Notes: generated from the letters alone by a model not told the origin. A stretch of 62,801 bases of DNA, filler included, from 8 parts of 8 records of this genome joined end to end with filler, not necessarily neighbours in it, one strand, 5' to 3'; counted from the first letter of the whole stretch, positions 9,780 to 19,652 are shown. Numbers and translations are program-made.

Positions 9780-10845
9780 TTTTTCCAGCGGTATTCCCCA
9801 TGCAGCTTTTGTATTTGACTTGCATTCCTGCGAAAGACCTGGGGAACCTACTGGTTACCTCCAGAATCTTTCTCGTCACTTCAAGACAAAAACAACACTG
9901 CCCCACAAACACATATTAAAAAACATTACTTCCGATTCCATCTGAATCCATGTTTTTTAAAAAGTGTTTTTCCCCTACCCTTCTGAATGGGATTTGCTTT
10001 AGTTTGGAACCGGTGGTTGATTAGTTTGTTTCGCGCTGCAAAATTAGTAAGCCATCAAAACATCAATGGATAATACAGAGTTTTTGAAATAATCTCCACC
10101 CTCATTCTTCAGGTAGTATTATACCAAAAATCCATTGCCATTTTTCAATACACTTCCTGCATTGCCCACGAAATCAATACTAAAAATTGGCGTGCCACAA
10201 GCCGAAAGAAGTCCCAAGGGCATGGGCAGGAAATATGTGCGATACTATTACTACAGCACGGGAGGCAGCTATCCTGCTTATTGCTCCATCTGTTCAATAT
10301 GGGGAATCATTAACAGACATTAAAGCCAGTTTCATGGACTTTTCATGTGATAATTTTTCTGCTTCTGTCGGTGGTTTTATTGGAGAACGTTGGATTTCTA
10401 CTAAATTTATTGTTGTTAACCGGGTAAATGGCGTGGTCATTAATCCGAGAATCTTCGAACTAAAGGAAATTTATAGTCAGGTTAAACAAATGGTGCTCGC
10501 CGGTTCGTTCTTACCTGTAAATCATATTGCATTACATTACTGCCATCCAAAAAATAATTATAATCAGAAATCACTTTAGCAATTAATAAATTTATTCTAA
10601 AAATGCGATTGCGTTATATTGTCTTTTTTGAAAGGATAATTTGATTATTCAATGAGAACTTTGTTTGTGGTGGACTGCAATTCTATGCGTATCACTCCAA
10701 AATTTGATAATGGTATTTATTCAAACATTTACATTGGGAATAATACTAATTTGTTTTTTTGTTGTTTTAATCAATTACGGTGATAAAAGCGTTTATGATA
10801 GAACCTGAAATTATTAAAGCTTCCTTGATTGGTCTGAAATAGTTA

Positions 10846-10868
10846 CGTTGCTATGTGGTTACTACCCC
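10846..10868 (+). repeat. 23-bp direct repeat, copy 1 (copy 2 at 14734-14756)
   Basis: CGTTGCTATGTGGTTACTACCCC versus CGTAGCTATGTGGTCACTACCCC, 2 mismatches. Confidence 0.65.
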
Positions 10869-10903
10869 CTCTTGAAATAAATGGTGTTAATTATCAATGA
10901 CAT

Positions 10904-11937
10904 TTATAATTTTACAGCCCGATCCCCTACCCTCTTATATCCTAGTTCTCTTAAAAGTTTTTCGATGGGGACGGACTGGTGCGCAGCAATTTCTTCTACA
11001 GTTTGCATCGGAATCGAAACTTCTGGTTTTAGAACCTGCGATTGATTGATTTTTAAAGAATGATCTTCTCTTCTGGTTTTCTTTAATTCGGCTCGTAAAG
11101 CCCTTTCCCCTTTCTGGACCAACTTCCGTGGGGATGATGTGTTTGTGTATATTTTAAATAGAACGGCTTGAATCTTTTTTCCTTTTTTTATGATTTTGCA
11201 GCTAATGTAAAGATCTGTTTTTTCATTAATCTCTGCGATTGTACCAACTCCTTTGGCTTTGCCCTGCTTATTTAGTCTTACTGTTGGTAAATAGTGAATC
11301 CCTCCTCTTTTTTTCAAGCCCCAGTATATTTTTTAAGATATTTCTGTTGGCATCTTTATTTTTCTGTGGATTATAAGAAGTAGTTGTTTCATTAAAAGTT
11401 AATTCTTTTATTTCTTCCAAACTTAAGACATACTTAGAAATAAATTGGGATGAAGCATTTTTTAGAATTGGATAAAGCCAGAGAGAATAATTGTTACTCA
11501 GTTCTCTGTAATAATGCGGATAAAGGGTACAATACCTTTATTAGGTTAAAGAGGTATCGCTTAACATCGTTATTGAACCTGAATATTGCTGAGTAAGGAT
11601 TGTCTTCCTTTATTTTTGCCACGGCAAACAACGATAACTTTCCCCAGTGTTTTTCATCCTGTCGGTATTCCAAAGTACTCTTCTTAATACGTGATATGGT
11701 ACTTCTTAAAATATCATAGCGTCTGTTGTTGGTTTTGTTCAAATTGAGAAGGTTGAAAAGAAGATCAAAGGGAATTTGCCATTCCGGGAATTTGGCTTCG
11801 TTGCCTTTAAGACGGGACGCTAAGCTAAAAAGTAATTTTCGACTATATATATCTAGTTGGAACCGATAGTCGCTCCCTGAAAGCTGACCAGTAATTCCTG
11901 GATTCCACTTATCTGAAGATGTATCAATATATGCCAC
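10904..11937 (-). CDS. Rep_3 (RepB-type) plasmid replication initiator, split by apparent frameshifts
   Basis: ORFs 11494-11937 (YSRKLLFSL...RYDILRSTISRI...FRFNNDVKRYLFNL) and 10904-11317 (EINEKTDLYISCKIIKKGKKIQAVLFKI), bridged by a third frame (NYSLWLYPILK...LSLEEIKEL), give a typical Rep_3 winged-helix pattern. Confidence 0.8.
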
Positions 11938-12265
11938 TTATATAAATTAGTATGTAAATGCCTAATTTCTACCAGTTTTTCAATGATATAAGAGTCCGTT
12001 AAATATACTAAAAAGTAATTAAAACTAACACATTTGCTTTCTTATCTGTTAGTAATTTGTCCATATATGGCCTTCTGAAGGTGCATGGATAATGAAATTC
12101 GTCTGCATTAGTCCGATAATTATACTAATATTAGCTAAAGACGAGATTTTTCTTTCTCCAGAATAACATCGTGAAAGGAGGAGTTAACGTTGGTTCCCCG
12201 ATGTCGAATAAGGTTCCCAATGAGATAAATTTTCATATTGGCAGATGATATAGATTATTGCAAAC

Positions 12266-12293
12266 TGTCTCAATAATTATAAATTTTACGAAC
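12266..12293. promoter_or_regulatory. Tn3/gamma-delta-like res site I (resolvase crossover site)
   Basis: TGTCTCAATAATTATAAATTTTACGAAC: 28 bp, central TTATAA with AT exactly in the middle. The reverse complement resembles Tn3 res I; 110 bp upstream of the resolvase-like gene. Confidence 0.7.
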
Positions 12294-12403
12294 TACTTCA
12301 TTGGCCTTGTTTTTAATGGTTGTGTAGTTTCCTTTATTAGTTAAATTAATTAGTTTTGTAAATAGAAATAATTATTCGAACATAAACGTTTTTAATCAAT
12401 TCA

Positions 12404-13042
12404 ATGGATTTTGGCTATATAAGAGTTTGTTCCAATTTGGATGATGCCGGTCTACAAATCAAGGCATTAACCAAGGGTGGACTTGAGAAAAAGAATCTTT
12501 TTCATGATGTTGCCTCTGTAGCAAAATCTAAATGGCCCGAATTGGATAGATTACTTGCAAATGTGAAAGCCACAGATAGAATTTTCGTTTGGCGTTCAGA
12601 TAGAATAGCGAAGTCTCTTCCACATTTTATCTGGCTTGTTAATTCTCTTCACAAAAAAGGAATTTCCCTGATTAGTCTTTCGGAGCCATTGATAAACACT
12701 TCATTGGAAAATCCGGATGCCAAAGTTATTACAAACATACTGAATTGGTTCGAAGAATTTGAGCAGAATCTGCACCAGGAGCAGAATAACCATAACGAAA
12801 ATGTTTCTCGTAGAAATAAATCAAAGCTTGGCAGACCCAAAGGGGTATCATCGGAAACCATGGAAAAATATCATCGCGCTAAAGACATGTATGATAACAA
12901 GGACTATACTGTGAAGGAAATATGTCGAATGTGTAAAATTTCAAAACCACGTTTTTACGCAATACTTAAGGAGCAAAGAAATCAGCAAGAATTATTAAAC
13001 CTATCAAATCTCAAATTAACTGAAAATGCCGACAAACACTAA
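12404..13042 (+). CDS. Serine resolvase-family protein with substituted catalytic residues and a C-terminal HTH
   Basis: GYIRVCS (canonical GYARVST), VWRSDRIAKS (canonical DRLGRS), LGRPKG, and HTH TVKEICRMCKISKPRFY. Confidence 0.85.
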   Translation: MDFGYIRVCSNLDDAGLQIKALTKGGLEKKNLFHDVASVAKSKWPELDRLLANVKATDRIFVWRSDRIAKSLPHFIWLVNSLHKKGISLISLSEPLINTSLENPDAKVITNILNWFEEFEQNLHQEQNNHNENVSRRNKSKLGRPKGVSSETMEKYHRAKDMYDNKDYTVKEICRMCKISKPRFYAILKEQRNQQELLNLSNLKLTENADKH

Positions 13043-14222
13043 AATAAGTTTACCGCAAATTGGAGATGAGCATCTTTTCCGGCTGGATAAAAATGTGGCT
13101 CATAATATTCGTGATTTTCGTGCCTATGATGAAGATAAACATATAATAAAAGCTCTTATAAGTTACTTTAGTTTTAATCTGCAAAAAGATTTGTTTGGTT
13201 ACGGGACTTTGGATCCACATCATTTTGCAAAGACTATGGGCTTTTCTCCGAACTACCTAAGGTCAAAACATCCCAATCCTGCATCTTTAAGGGACATGAA
13301 CGAGAAGGAAAGAATGGAAGTTTACAAGGCACAGGATGATTATCCCGAGTATAAAGAATACCGGGTGTTTGATTCAATTCTGGAAAATGCACTTTATATT
13401 TTACGCTATGAACGTATACGCTATACTTCAGCAGGGGTAACTTTTAAGAAAGAAAAGGATGAGTTTGTAAAAATTTCCCTAAACGAAGTTCAATTCCTTT
13501 CAGAATTATCTATCGTTTTTCGAACAGGGCAACGCGGAAGGAGTAAAATCTTTTATACATACAGGCTAACAGATAGTTTTGTAAATAACATCAGTAATTA
13601 TTATTTAAAAAGTAACACAGAAACCTTAAAAAAACTAAGACAACCTGGATTGGACGAACTGTATCTTTATCTTAAAAACCTGATGACTACCTTTGCTATA
13701 AAACAGACCAATAGAGGTTTTTCAAGTTTTTCTCTTCTTTGTGAACTGGCAATGATAAATGATGCAAGGCCTCCCCAGCGCAAAAAGAAATTGAACAGGG
13801 CGTTTATTCGAATCTCCGAAACTTCAGAGATTATAGTAAAACTTAACTGGCACAAAGAAGCGGGAGCAAAATATTATTACCTACCTGAAATTGAATTTGA
13901 TAAAGTACAGGTAAAAGAAATAACAAATAAAGATAATGCTGTACTTGAACGTAAGAAAATTTTCTCACAAAATTTGAATTATGAATTTTGTTTGGCCTAC
14001 CGGCGTGAGGTTTTTGTTAATGACCTGGGGCAACCTATAGAACCTGACAAACTATTGGATTGGATGAAACACAAGAGCCATGAAGAATTGCTGATTTATT
14101 TTAATATGGCAGTGATAAAAACGTTCCGGAAACTTGGAGATGCGAGATATGGAATGGAGAGGGAATTCTTTTCAAAGTTAAGTAAAGGGGCAACACTATC
14201 AGAGGTTCTTACTTTTAAATAA
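13026..14222 (+). CDS. Hypothetical 398-aa protein, probable divergent winged-helix replication initiator
   Basis: Long ORF directly upstream of the iteron-like array. The C-terminal half (ELYLYLKNL...FSLLCELA...KKKLNRAFIRI...VKLNWHKEAGAKYYY) resembles a Rep WH2 domain; function inferred from context. Confidence 0.55.
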   Translation: MPTNTKISLPQIGDEHLFRLDKNVAHNIRDFRAYDEDKHIIKALISYFSFNLQKDLFGYGTLDPHHFAKTMGFSPNYLRSKHPNPASLRDMNEKERMEVYKAQDDYPEYKEYRVFDSILENALYILRYERIRYTSAGVTFKKEKDEFVKISLNEVQFLSELSIVFRTGQRGRSKIFYTYRLTDSFVNNISNYYLKSNTETLKKLRQPGLDELYLYLKNLMTTFAIKQTNRGFSSFSLLCELAMINDARPPQRKKKLNRAFIRISETSEIIVKLNWHKEAGAKYYYLPEIEFDKVQVKEITNKDNAVLERKKIFSQNLNYEFCLAYRREVFVNDLGQPIEPDKLLDWMKHKSHEELLIYFNMAVIKTFRKLGDARYGMEREFFSKLSKGATLSEVLTFK

Positions 14223-14466
14223 CCTTATAGGTGGTGCTTCAATTTTTTGAATAAGTTGTTATCATTCTGAAGACATACATATCCTAGTTTAATTGAGGAT
14301 GATATTTCATAGTTGAGTTTAAAACGCCTAAAGTTGGCCATACCTTGCATGCCAAGGATTAAGTCTTAACCTCAGAGGAATTACTAATTCGCCTAAAACT
14401 GACCATCGTTATAAAAGAAATTAAGGAGAGACTGCACGGAGACTACTAGGCTATTGCCTTTTAATC

Positions 14467-14475
14467 TTATCCACA
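14467..14475 (+). promoter_or_regulatory. DnaA box
   Basis: Perfect TTATCCACA within the repeat region; a one-mismatch box TGTGGATAT lies at 16414-16422. Confidence 0.55.
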
Positions 14476-14733
14476 GCATTTGAAAATTATATTCTTTCTA
14501 TAGCTATGTTTGCTTCGATAAACCTATTTGGCCTAAAACTGACCATACTCCTTAAAAAAAGATAGAAGGATACCATTTAGGCTCAGTGATCGCATAGCTG
14601 TGATTTTTGCAATCTTTCCAATAACACTCTGATATTCAATAAGTAGTTTTATGATAAAAGTGATTAACACTCAGAATTAATCATTTTTTTAGATACCATT
14701 AAATCAGCTTGTTACATGAATGTTTTCCGTTTT

Positions 14734-14756
14734 CGTAGCTATGTGGTCACTACCCC
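14734..14756 (+). repeat. 23-bp direct repeat, copy 2
   Basis: CGTAGCTATGTGGTCACTACCCC, matching 10846-10868. Confidence 0.65.
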
Positions 14757-16039
14757 ATTTAGTTAGCCTGATATAATTTCTCAGATACAATGTTAAAAAG
14801 TTTCTTTTACTTTTTTCATCATTGCATTGAATATAGTTTTATTAAACGCCTAAAACTGACCATAGCAAAAGAAGGCTTCTCGAACTTGTTTATGATTTAT
14901 GATTAGTAGGGGGAATACTAGTCGGCTTCTTCCCTAAAAACCCTAAAACCGGCTGTAATACATGTAAAGTTGTCAGGTAAAGTGTTTAATACGTAATTGC
15001 TAGAGAAAGAATTGTTGCATTTTAATTCTTTCCGCCTAAATCTAACCATCCAAAAATCTATAATGTAATCGCCTAAAGAAGACCATACCATAATTGATAT
15101 TACAAATCAACAGAATCCAATCTATTTGATGCCAGATATTTAAGTGCTTGTTTTTTTCGCCTAAAGTTAGCCATGCTAATAGGTTTTCTGGCAGAAATAA
15201 TCTTGGTTCATTCTATCGCCCAAAACTGACCATACTTAAACAGTTGTATATATCGCCTAAAACTGACCATAGTTGATATTGGAAATCAAAACGACTTAAG
15301 CTCCTTGATATTCAACCATATAAATGTTTGTCCTTTAAGGCTAATTTTAACAACACTTAGGTAGTCGTTATAAGAATGAGTTTACTTCATATTTTCGCCC
15401 AAAATTGGCTATTATTTCACAATGAGCTTGCAAAATGCAGATTATCATCTGCTTCTGACAATCTGTTCCCGGCGATTGCGGCCTAAAGTGAGCCATGCAA
15501 TTTAGGCACTCTGTGCCTATCTCAAACACTTGGAACGAAAACGCCTAAAACTGACCATGTCTTGTTCAATTTGTGTAAGGTCATTGCAATCAGGATAATA
15601 CTTCGTTATGAAGCTTAAGACACACACCGGTTTCTTATACTTAAGTCTTGCAGTAAATGTATCAGCTAATAATTGGTTGTACGACAATATTTATATGATT
15701 TTCTGGTTGAAACAATTAATTATTTCGTTTATAACGCCTAAAACTGACCATAATTTTGCGTTTTGTCCGCCTAAAACTGACCATTCCTTTGGGTAAGTAT
15801 CGCCTAAAACTGACCATGAAAGAATATCATAACGCCTAAAACTAACCATGTCTCGCTAACTTAATGCCTAAAATCGACCACACTTCGTTTCATAATGCCT
15901 AAAGTTGACCATGGAGCGATACTATTCCGCCTAAAACTAACCACCTTTGCCTTATTTCGCCTAAAACTAGCCATACTGTAATCGTTTTTTAGATTGAAAA
16001 TCAAGGTGTTATTGGCGACAAACGCCTAAAATTGACCAA

Positions 16040-16165
16040 CTTATATTATAATAATTATATACTATTATATTGTATCCGTTTTTAGTATTCAATACCTTTT
16101 GCAATATACTAATAGATATTGTTATAAACCAATATCTGCAATAATCAAAAAAACGGATTAATTAT
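16040..16165. other. AT-rich tract (candidate DNA-unwinding element of the origin)
   Basis: TTATATTATAATAATTATATACTATTATAT... immediately after the last phased repeat. Confidence 0.55.
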
Positions 16166-16638
16166 TCCCCCAATACCCCCAGGGGATTTTAATATGGCGT
16201 CGTTCCGACAGGTATTACCCCCTCCCGTCCCCCAGGGAGCAGATTTATACCACTCAACTCAATTCTCTGCATATTTACTTTTATGTTTTTAACATAATTT
16301 ACATTTTGAATAAATCTAATTCTTTTTTTAAAATTGGTTAACTCTTAATTTAGATTACTATAATCCCAAAAACTATCATCTACATTTATCAATTTAATAT
16401 TGACACCGTTGTCTGTGGATATCTAATCTCAATCGAAGATTTAATATTTATCGATTTTATGTATTTTGTAAATAAATAAAAATCGACATGTCTGGAAAAC
16501 AGATTGTTATTGATATGTTTTTAAAATAGAGCCATGTAATACAATGATAATCAGCAAATAACAAACACCTTAATAGAATATAATACGTTTGTTAAATATT
16601 ATAATTATATATATATTTGGCATATAGATTGTTTAGGT

Positions 16639-16868
16639 ATGAAAACAGTATCATTAAATATAGATGACCCAATTTTTGCAGAAACAGAAAAAATACTGGA
16701 GTCGGTAAACAAACCACGTAATCGTTATATAAATGAAGCAATCGCGTACTATAACAGAATACAACGTGAAGCTATACTGGAAAAAAACTCAAAAAAGAGT
16801 CTGGTTTAGTTAAAAATGATTCAATGAAAGTGCTTAAGGACTTTGAGGAGATTGATTATGTTGATTAA
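16639..16868 (+). CDS. RHH-like antitoxin of a PemK/MazF-type TA pair (frameshift at the A8 run near 16780); absent from the ORF track
   Basis: MKTVSLNIDDPIFAETEKILESVNKPRNRYINEAIAYYNRIQREAILEK / LKKESGLVKNDSMKVLKDFEEIDYVD*; overlaps the toxin start. Confidence 0.7.
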
Positions 16869-17205
16869 ACAGTTTGATATTTGGATCGCGGACCTAAATC
16901 CGCAGATTGGAGCTGATGCAGGAAAAATAAGGCCTGTTCTAATTGTTCAAACAGATTTAATGAACAAAATCCCCCACCCTTCCACCCTCGTATGCCCTAT
17001 GACTACAAACGTTAAAAAAGGTTCGGAAATTTTACGAGTAAACCTTAAAAAGGGAACTGGAAATCTTAATCGGTCTTTTGATGTCATGATTGACCAAATG
17101 AGAGTTATAGATAACAATAGGTTGAAAAAAAGAATGGGTGTTTTACCTGATGATTCGGTAGAATTGGTAAAAGAGAATATACAAATCGTTTTGAACCTTA
17201 TATAA
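16858..17205 (+). CDS. PemK/MazF-family endoribonuclease toxin
   Basis: DIWIADLNPQIG...GKIRPVLIVQ...VCPMTT...DQMRVIDNNRL. Confidence 0.9.
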   Translation: MLIKQFDIWIADLNPQIGADAGKIRPVLIVQTDLMNKIPHPSTLVCPMTTNVKKGSEILRVNLKKGTGNLNRSFDVMIDQMRVIDNNRLKKRMGVLPDDSVELVKENIQIVLNLI

Positions 17206-17279
17206 AGCAAAGGAAGGAAAGTAAGAGCTAAAATACCTCTCCCCTCCTATTTATAATTAATTTTCTTACGAAAGGCAAT

Positions 17280-18044
17280 ATGAAAAAAAGTAAAAACTTA
17301 GTTATCACGAATTTCAAAGGCGGTACTGGCAAAACCACCACGGCAGTTAATCTCTCCCATGGACTCGCAGACCGGGGATTTAAGGTACTGGCTATAGACC
17401 TGGACGCTCAGTCAAACCTTACTGACTTAATGGGACTTACCGGGGTATTAACAGAAGAGGATTGTATTTCAAATTCGTTAAGAGATAAACAAGTTCCTGT
17501 TACTGTAACAAATGTGAAGGAGAACCTTGATGTCATCGGAACTCACAACTCGTCAATGATAGGTATTGAAACCGAACTCCAGAATATGTTAAGGCATGCT
17601 GATAGACAACTCGACCGCTGTATTTATCCGTTCTATGAGCAATATGATTTTATTATTATGGATTTGGCACCATCTCTAAATGCACTAACAATAAATGCTT
17701 ATACAATTGCTGATCGTCTTATCGTTCCTATTGTTTCAGACTATCTCTCTTTGACCGGATTTTATGCTCTGGAAAATCGACTGAGCATCGACCTGGAACT
17801 CAACATTACTGATGTTATAATAACCAAACATGAAGCCAATACCGCACTTGCACGAGAAGTTCATGATGAACTTCTATCTAATAGAGCAAGTGTATTATTA
17901 AATTCGATTATTCCTAAAAATGTATCAATAACGGAACAGGGCGTGACAAAACAATCTATTTTTGACTATGCTCCAAAGTCAAAAGGTGCTGAAGCGTATA
18001 ATAATTTGGTGGATGAACTTATAAATAGAATGAATAATGACTAA
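17280..18044 (+). CDS. parA: ParA family partition ATPase
   Basis: NFKGGTGKTTT, IDLDAQSNLT, DFIIMDLAP, SKGAEAY. Confidence 0.93.
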   Translation: MKKSKNLVITNFKGGTGKTTTAVNLSHGLADRGFKVLAIDLDAQSNLTDLMGLTGVLTEEDCISNSLRDKQVPVTVTNVKENLDVIGTHNSSMIGIETELQNMLRHADRQLDRCIYPFYEQYDFIIMDLAPSLNALTINAYTIADRLIVPIVSDYLSLTGFYALENRLSIDLELNITDVIITKHEANTALAREVHDELLSNRASVLLNSIIPKNVSITEQGVTKQSIFDYAPKSKGAEAYNNLVDELINRMNND

Positions 18045-18924
18045 GAAACTTGGACTATCAAGAGGGCTTGGACAATTTCGGGAGGAAATTAAAGAATTGG
18101 AAGTGCTGCCTGAATTGGAGTCGCTAATTCCACCTCTTTCTGAGGATGAAAAAAAACTTCTGGAGGAATCTATTGTCAAGGATGGAATAAGAGAAGCTCT
18201 CGATGTATGGCCAAATGACGATAAATTGTATATCGTTGATGGACATAACCGATATAAAATTGCAAAACGGAAAAATATCTCTTTCAAAACCAAACAGCAT
18301 AAGTTTGGCTCAATTGAAGAAGTGAAAGAGTGGATGCTTCGTAAACAATTGGGAAGACGTAATCTTACTGATGCAAACAGAACGTATCTCATTGGTTTAT
18401 TGTATAATAGTCGGAAATCATCACATGGCGGTCGGAGAGATATTCAAACCAAGGGGCAAAATTTGCCACTTGATGAGAATGTTCAGAAAATAGGTTCTAA
18501 AACTGCTGATATTATAGCTCAGGAAACAGGTACTGCACCCAGGACAGTAAGAAATGCCGGAGAATTCGCACAAGGATTGGAGAAAGTTGATCCTGAACTT
18601 AAAAAGGATATTCTTGCAGGTAAAGAGAAAATTTCAAAGGCGGATATTCAAAAATTATCAAAGAAGAAACTGGATAAAAAAATTTCCAGTGCAGAAGAGA
18701 TTAGGCAGCAAGTAAACAATGAAGATTTCCCCAAGGAAGATGGTGTTAAAAAAAATAAAAAGGGAGCCAGTTTAAATCGCAAGAAACAAGAGCAAAAACA
18801 CTTAAAGCAAGCAAACGATATTGCAGTTCTAATAAGGAATTTTAAGAATGATATATCAGATGGTTACTCAGACAATTTTAAAACTGAATGCCTTGATATT
18901 CTTAAAAAGGAGCTCGGAGAGTGA
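18037..18924 (+). CDS. parB: ParB-like partition protein
   Basis: LGLSRGL N-terminus, LEESIVKDG, IVDGHNRY, QLGRRNL, HTH TADIIAQETGTAPRTVR; overlaps parA. Confidence 0.85.
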   Translation: MTKKLGLSRGLGQFREEIKELEVLPELESLIPPLSEDEKKLLEESIVKDGIREALDVWPNDDKLYIVDGHNRYKIAKRKNISFKTKQHKFGSIEEVKEWMLRKQLGRRNLTDANRTYLIGLLYNSRKSSHGGRRDIQTKGQNLPLDENVQKIGSKTADIIAQETGTAPRTVRNAGEFAQGLEKVDPELKKDILAGKEKISKADIQKLSKKKLDKKISSAEEIRQQVNNEDFPKEDGVKKNKKGASLNRKKQEQKHLKQANDIAVLIRNFKNDISDGYSDNFKTECLDILKKELGE

Positions 18925-18939
18925 TATGAATATTTAAAG

Positions 18940-18984
18940 ATATTGGTTTTCAAGTGGCAATATTTGCCACTTGAAAACCAATAT
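18940..18984. repeat. Perfect 21-bp inverted repeat; candidate parS site and/or terminator
   Basis: ATATTGGTTTTCAAGTGGCAA-TAT-TTGCCACTTGAAAACCAATAT; the core recurs inside parB at 18450-18473. Confidence 0.75.
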
Positions 18985-19268
18985 TGAAAGGAGAAGAGTC
19001 AATTTATCAGTCTTCGTTATGTATGATTAGAAAATGGTGTATGAAGAATGGATTTCTGATAAATCTGATTCTGGTTTTCTGCAAGGGCTTAGAATTATTA
19101 ATGTCGCAATTGGCCTTTTCTATGTAGTGATTACATAAAATTGCCAATTAATCCTTGTGGGAAGCAGGGGAAACAAAGTAGGAGAGAGGATAGCTGATAT
19201 TTTTAGAAATAGGATAAAGCATTTCAAAAAAATCAACTTGCCCACTAAAACGAATGGAATTTTGAAAA

Positions 19269-19368
19269 NNNNNNNNNNNNNNNNNNNNNNNNNNNNNNNN
19301 NNNNNNNNNNNNTTAATTAATTAANNNNNNNNNNNNNNNNNNNNNNNNNNNNNNNNNNNNNNNNNNNN
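19269..19368. other. Artificial contig linker
   Basis: N44-TTAATTAATTAA-N44. Confidence 0.98.
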
Positions 19369-19391
19369 AATGTTACAAAAAACTGTCCGAA

Positions 19392-19652
19392 CTATTGATA
19401 GTAATTGAACTTTGGGGAGGTGTCCGCAAACAGAGCGGTTTCAGCCGGATCCAATACTTTGATGCCCTTTCCGATTTGTGCCTCTGCATCGGATAGAAAG
19501 ATGGCCTCTTTGTCTTTTACCAGCTCCGATATGCCCACCACATGAAGGGCCTGACCTTTGGTATCTGTTTTATCCACCCGTCGAACAAGCCATTCCGCAT
19601 CCCGGACTTCAATTCGGGCACCCGGTGTCACCTGCATCAAGTGATGCACCAT
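19392..19652 (-). pseudogene. N-terminal fragment of an SNF2-type helicase of the kind found in restriction/defence loci
   Basis: PGARIEVRDAEWLVRRVD...GISELVKDKEAIFL...VLDPAETALFADTSP, then a stop after about 86 codons near the contig end. Confidence 0.6.

Larger units (their letters stand above)
14325..16039 (+). repeat. Array of 21 co-oriented 17-bp iteron-like repeats, consensus CGCCTAAAACTGACCAT
   Basis: Starts at 14325, 14390, 14530, 14847, 15033, 15070, 15158, 15217, 15254, 15396, 15480, 15542, 15735, 15768, 15801, 15833, 15865, 15896, 15928, 15958 and 16023; 7 are exact consensus. Confidence 0.92.

Noticed and set aside
9780-10800. ORF 10187-10579 and neighbouring short ORFs
   Set aside because: No recognisable motif or RBS; cannot be supported as genes.
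15608-15796. 62-aa ORF with repeated PKTDH
   Set aside because: Incidental translation of the DNA repeats.
14325-16039. CRISPR array interpretation of the 17-bp repeats
   Set aside because: Repeats are short, non-palindromic and degenerate; spacers are 13-16 bp in the phased part and up to 300 bp elsewhere; no cas genes; the rep/par/AT-rich context fits iterons.
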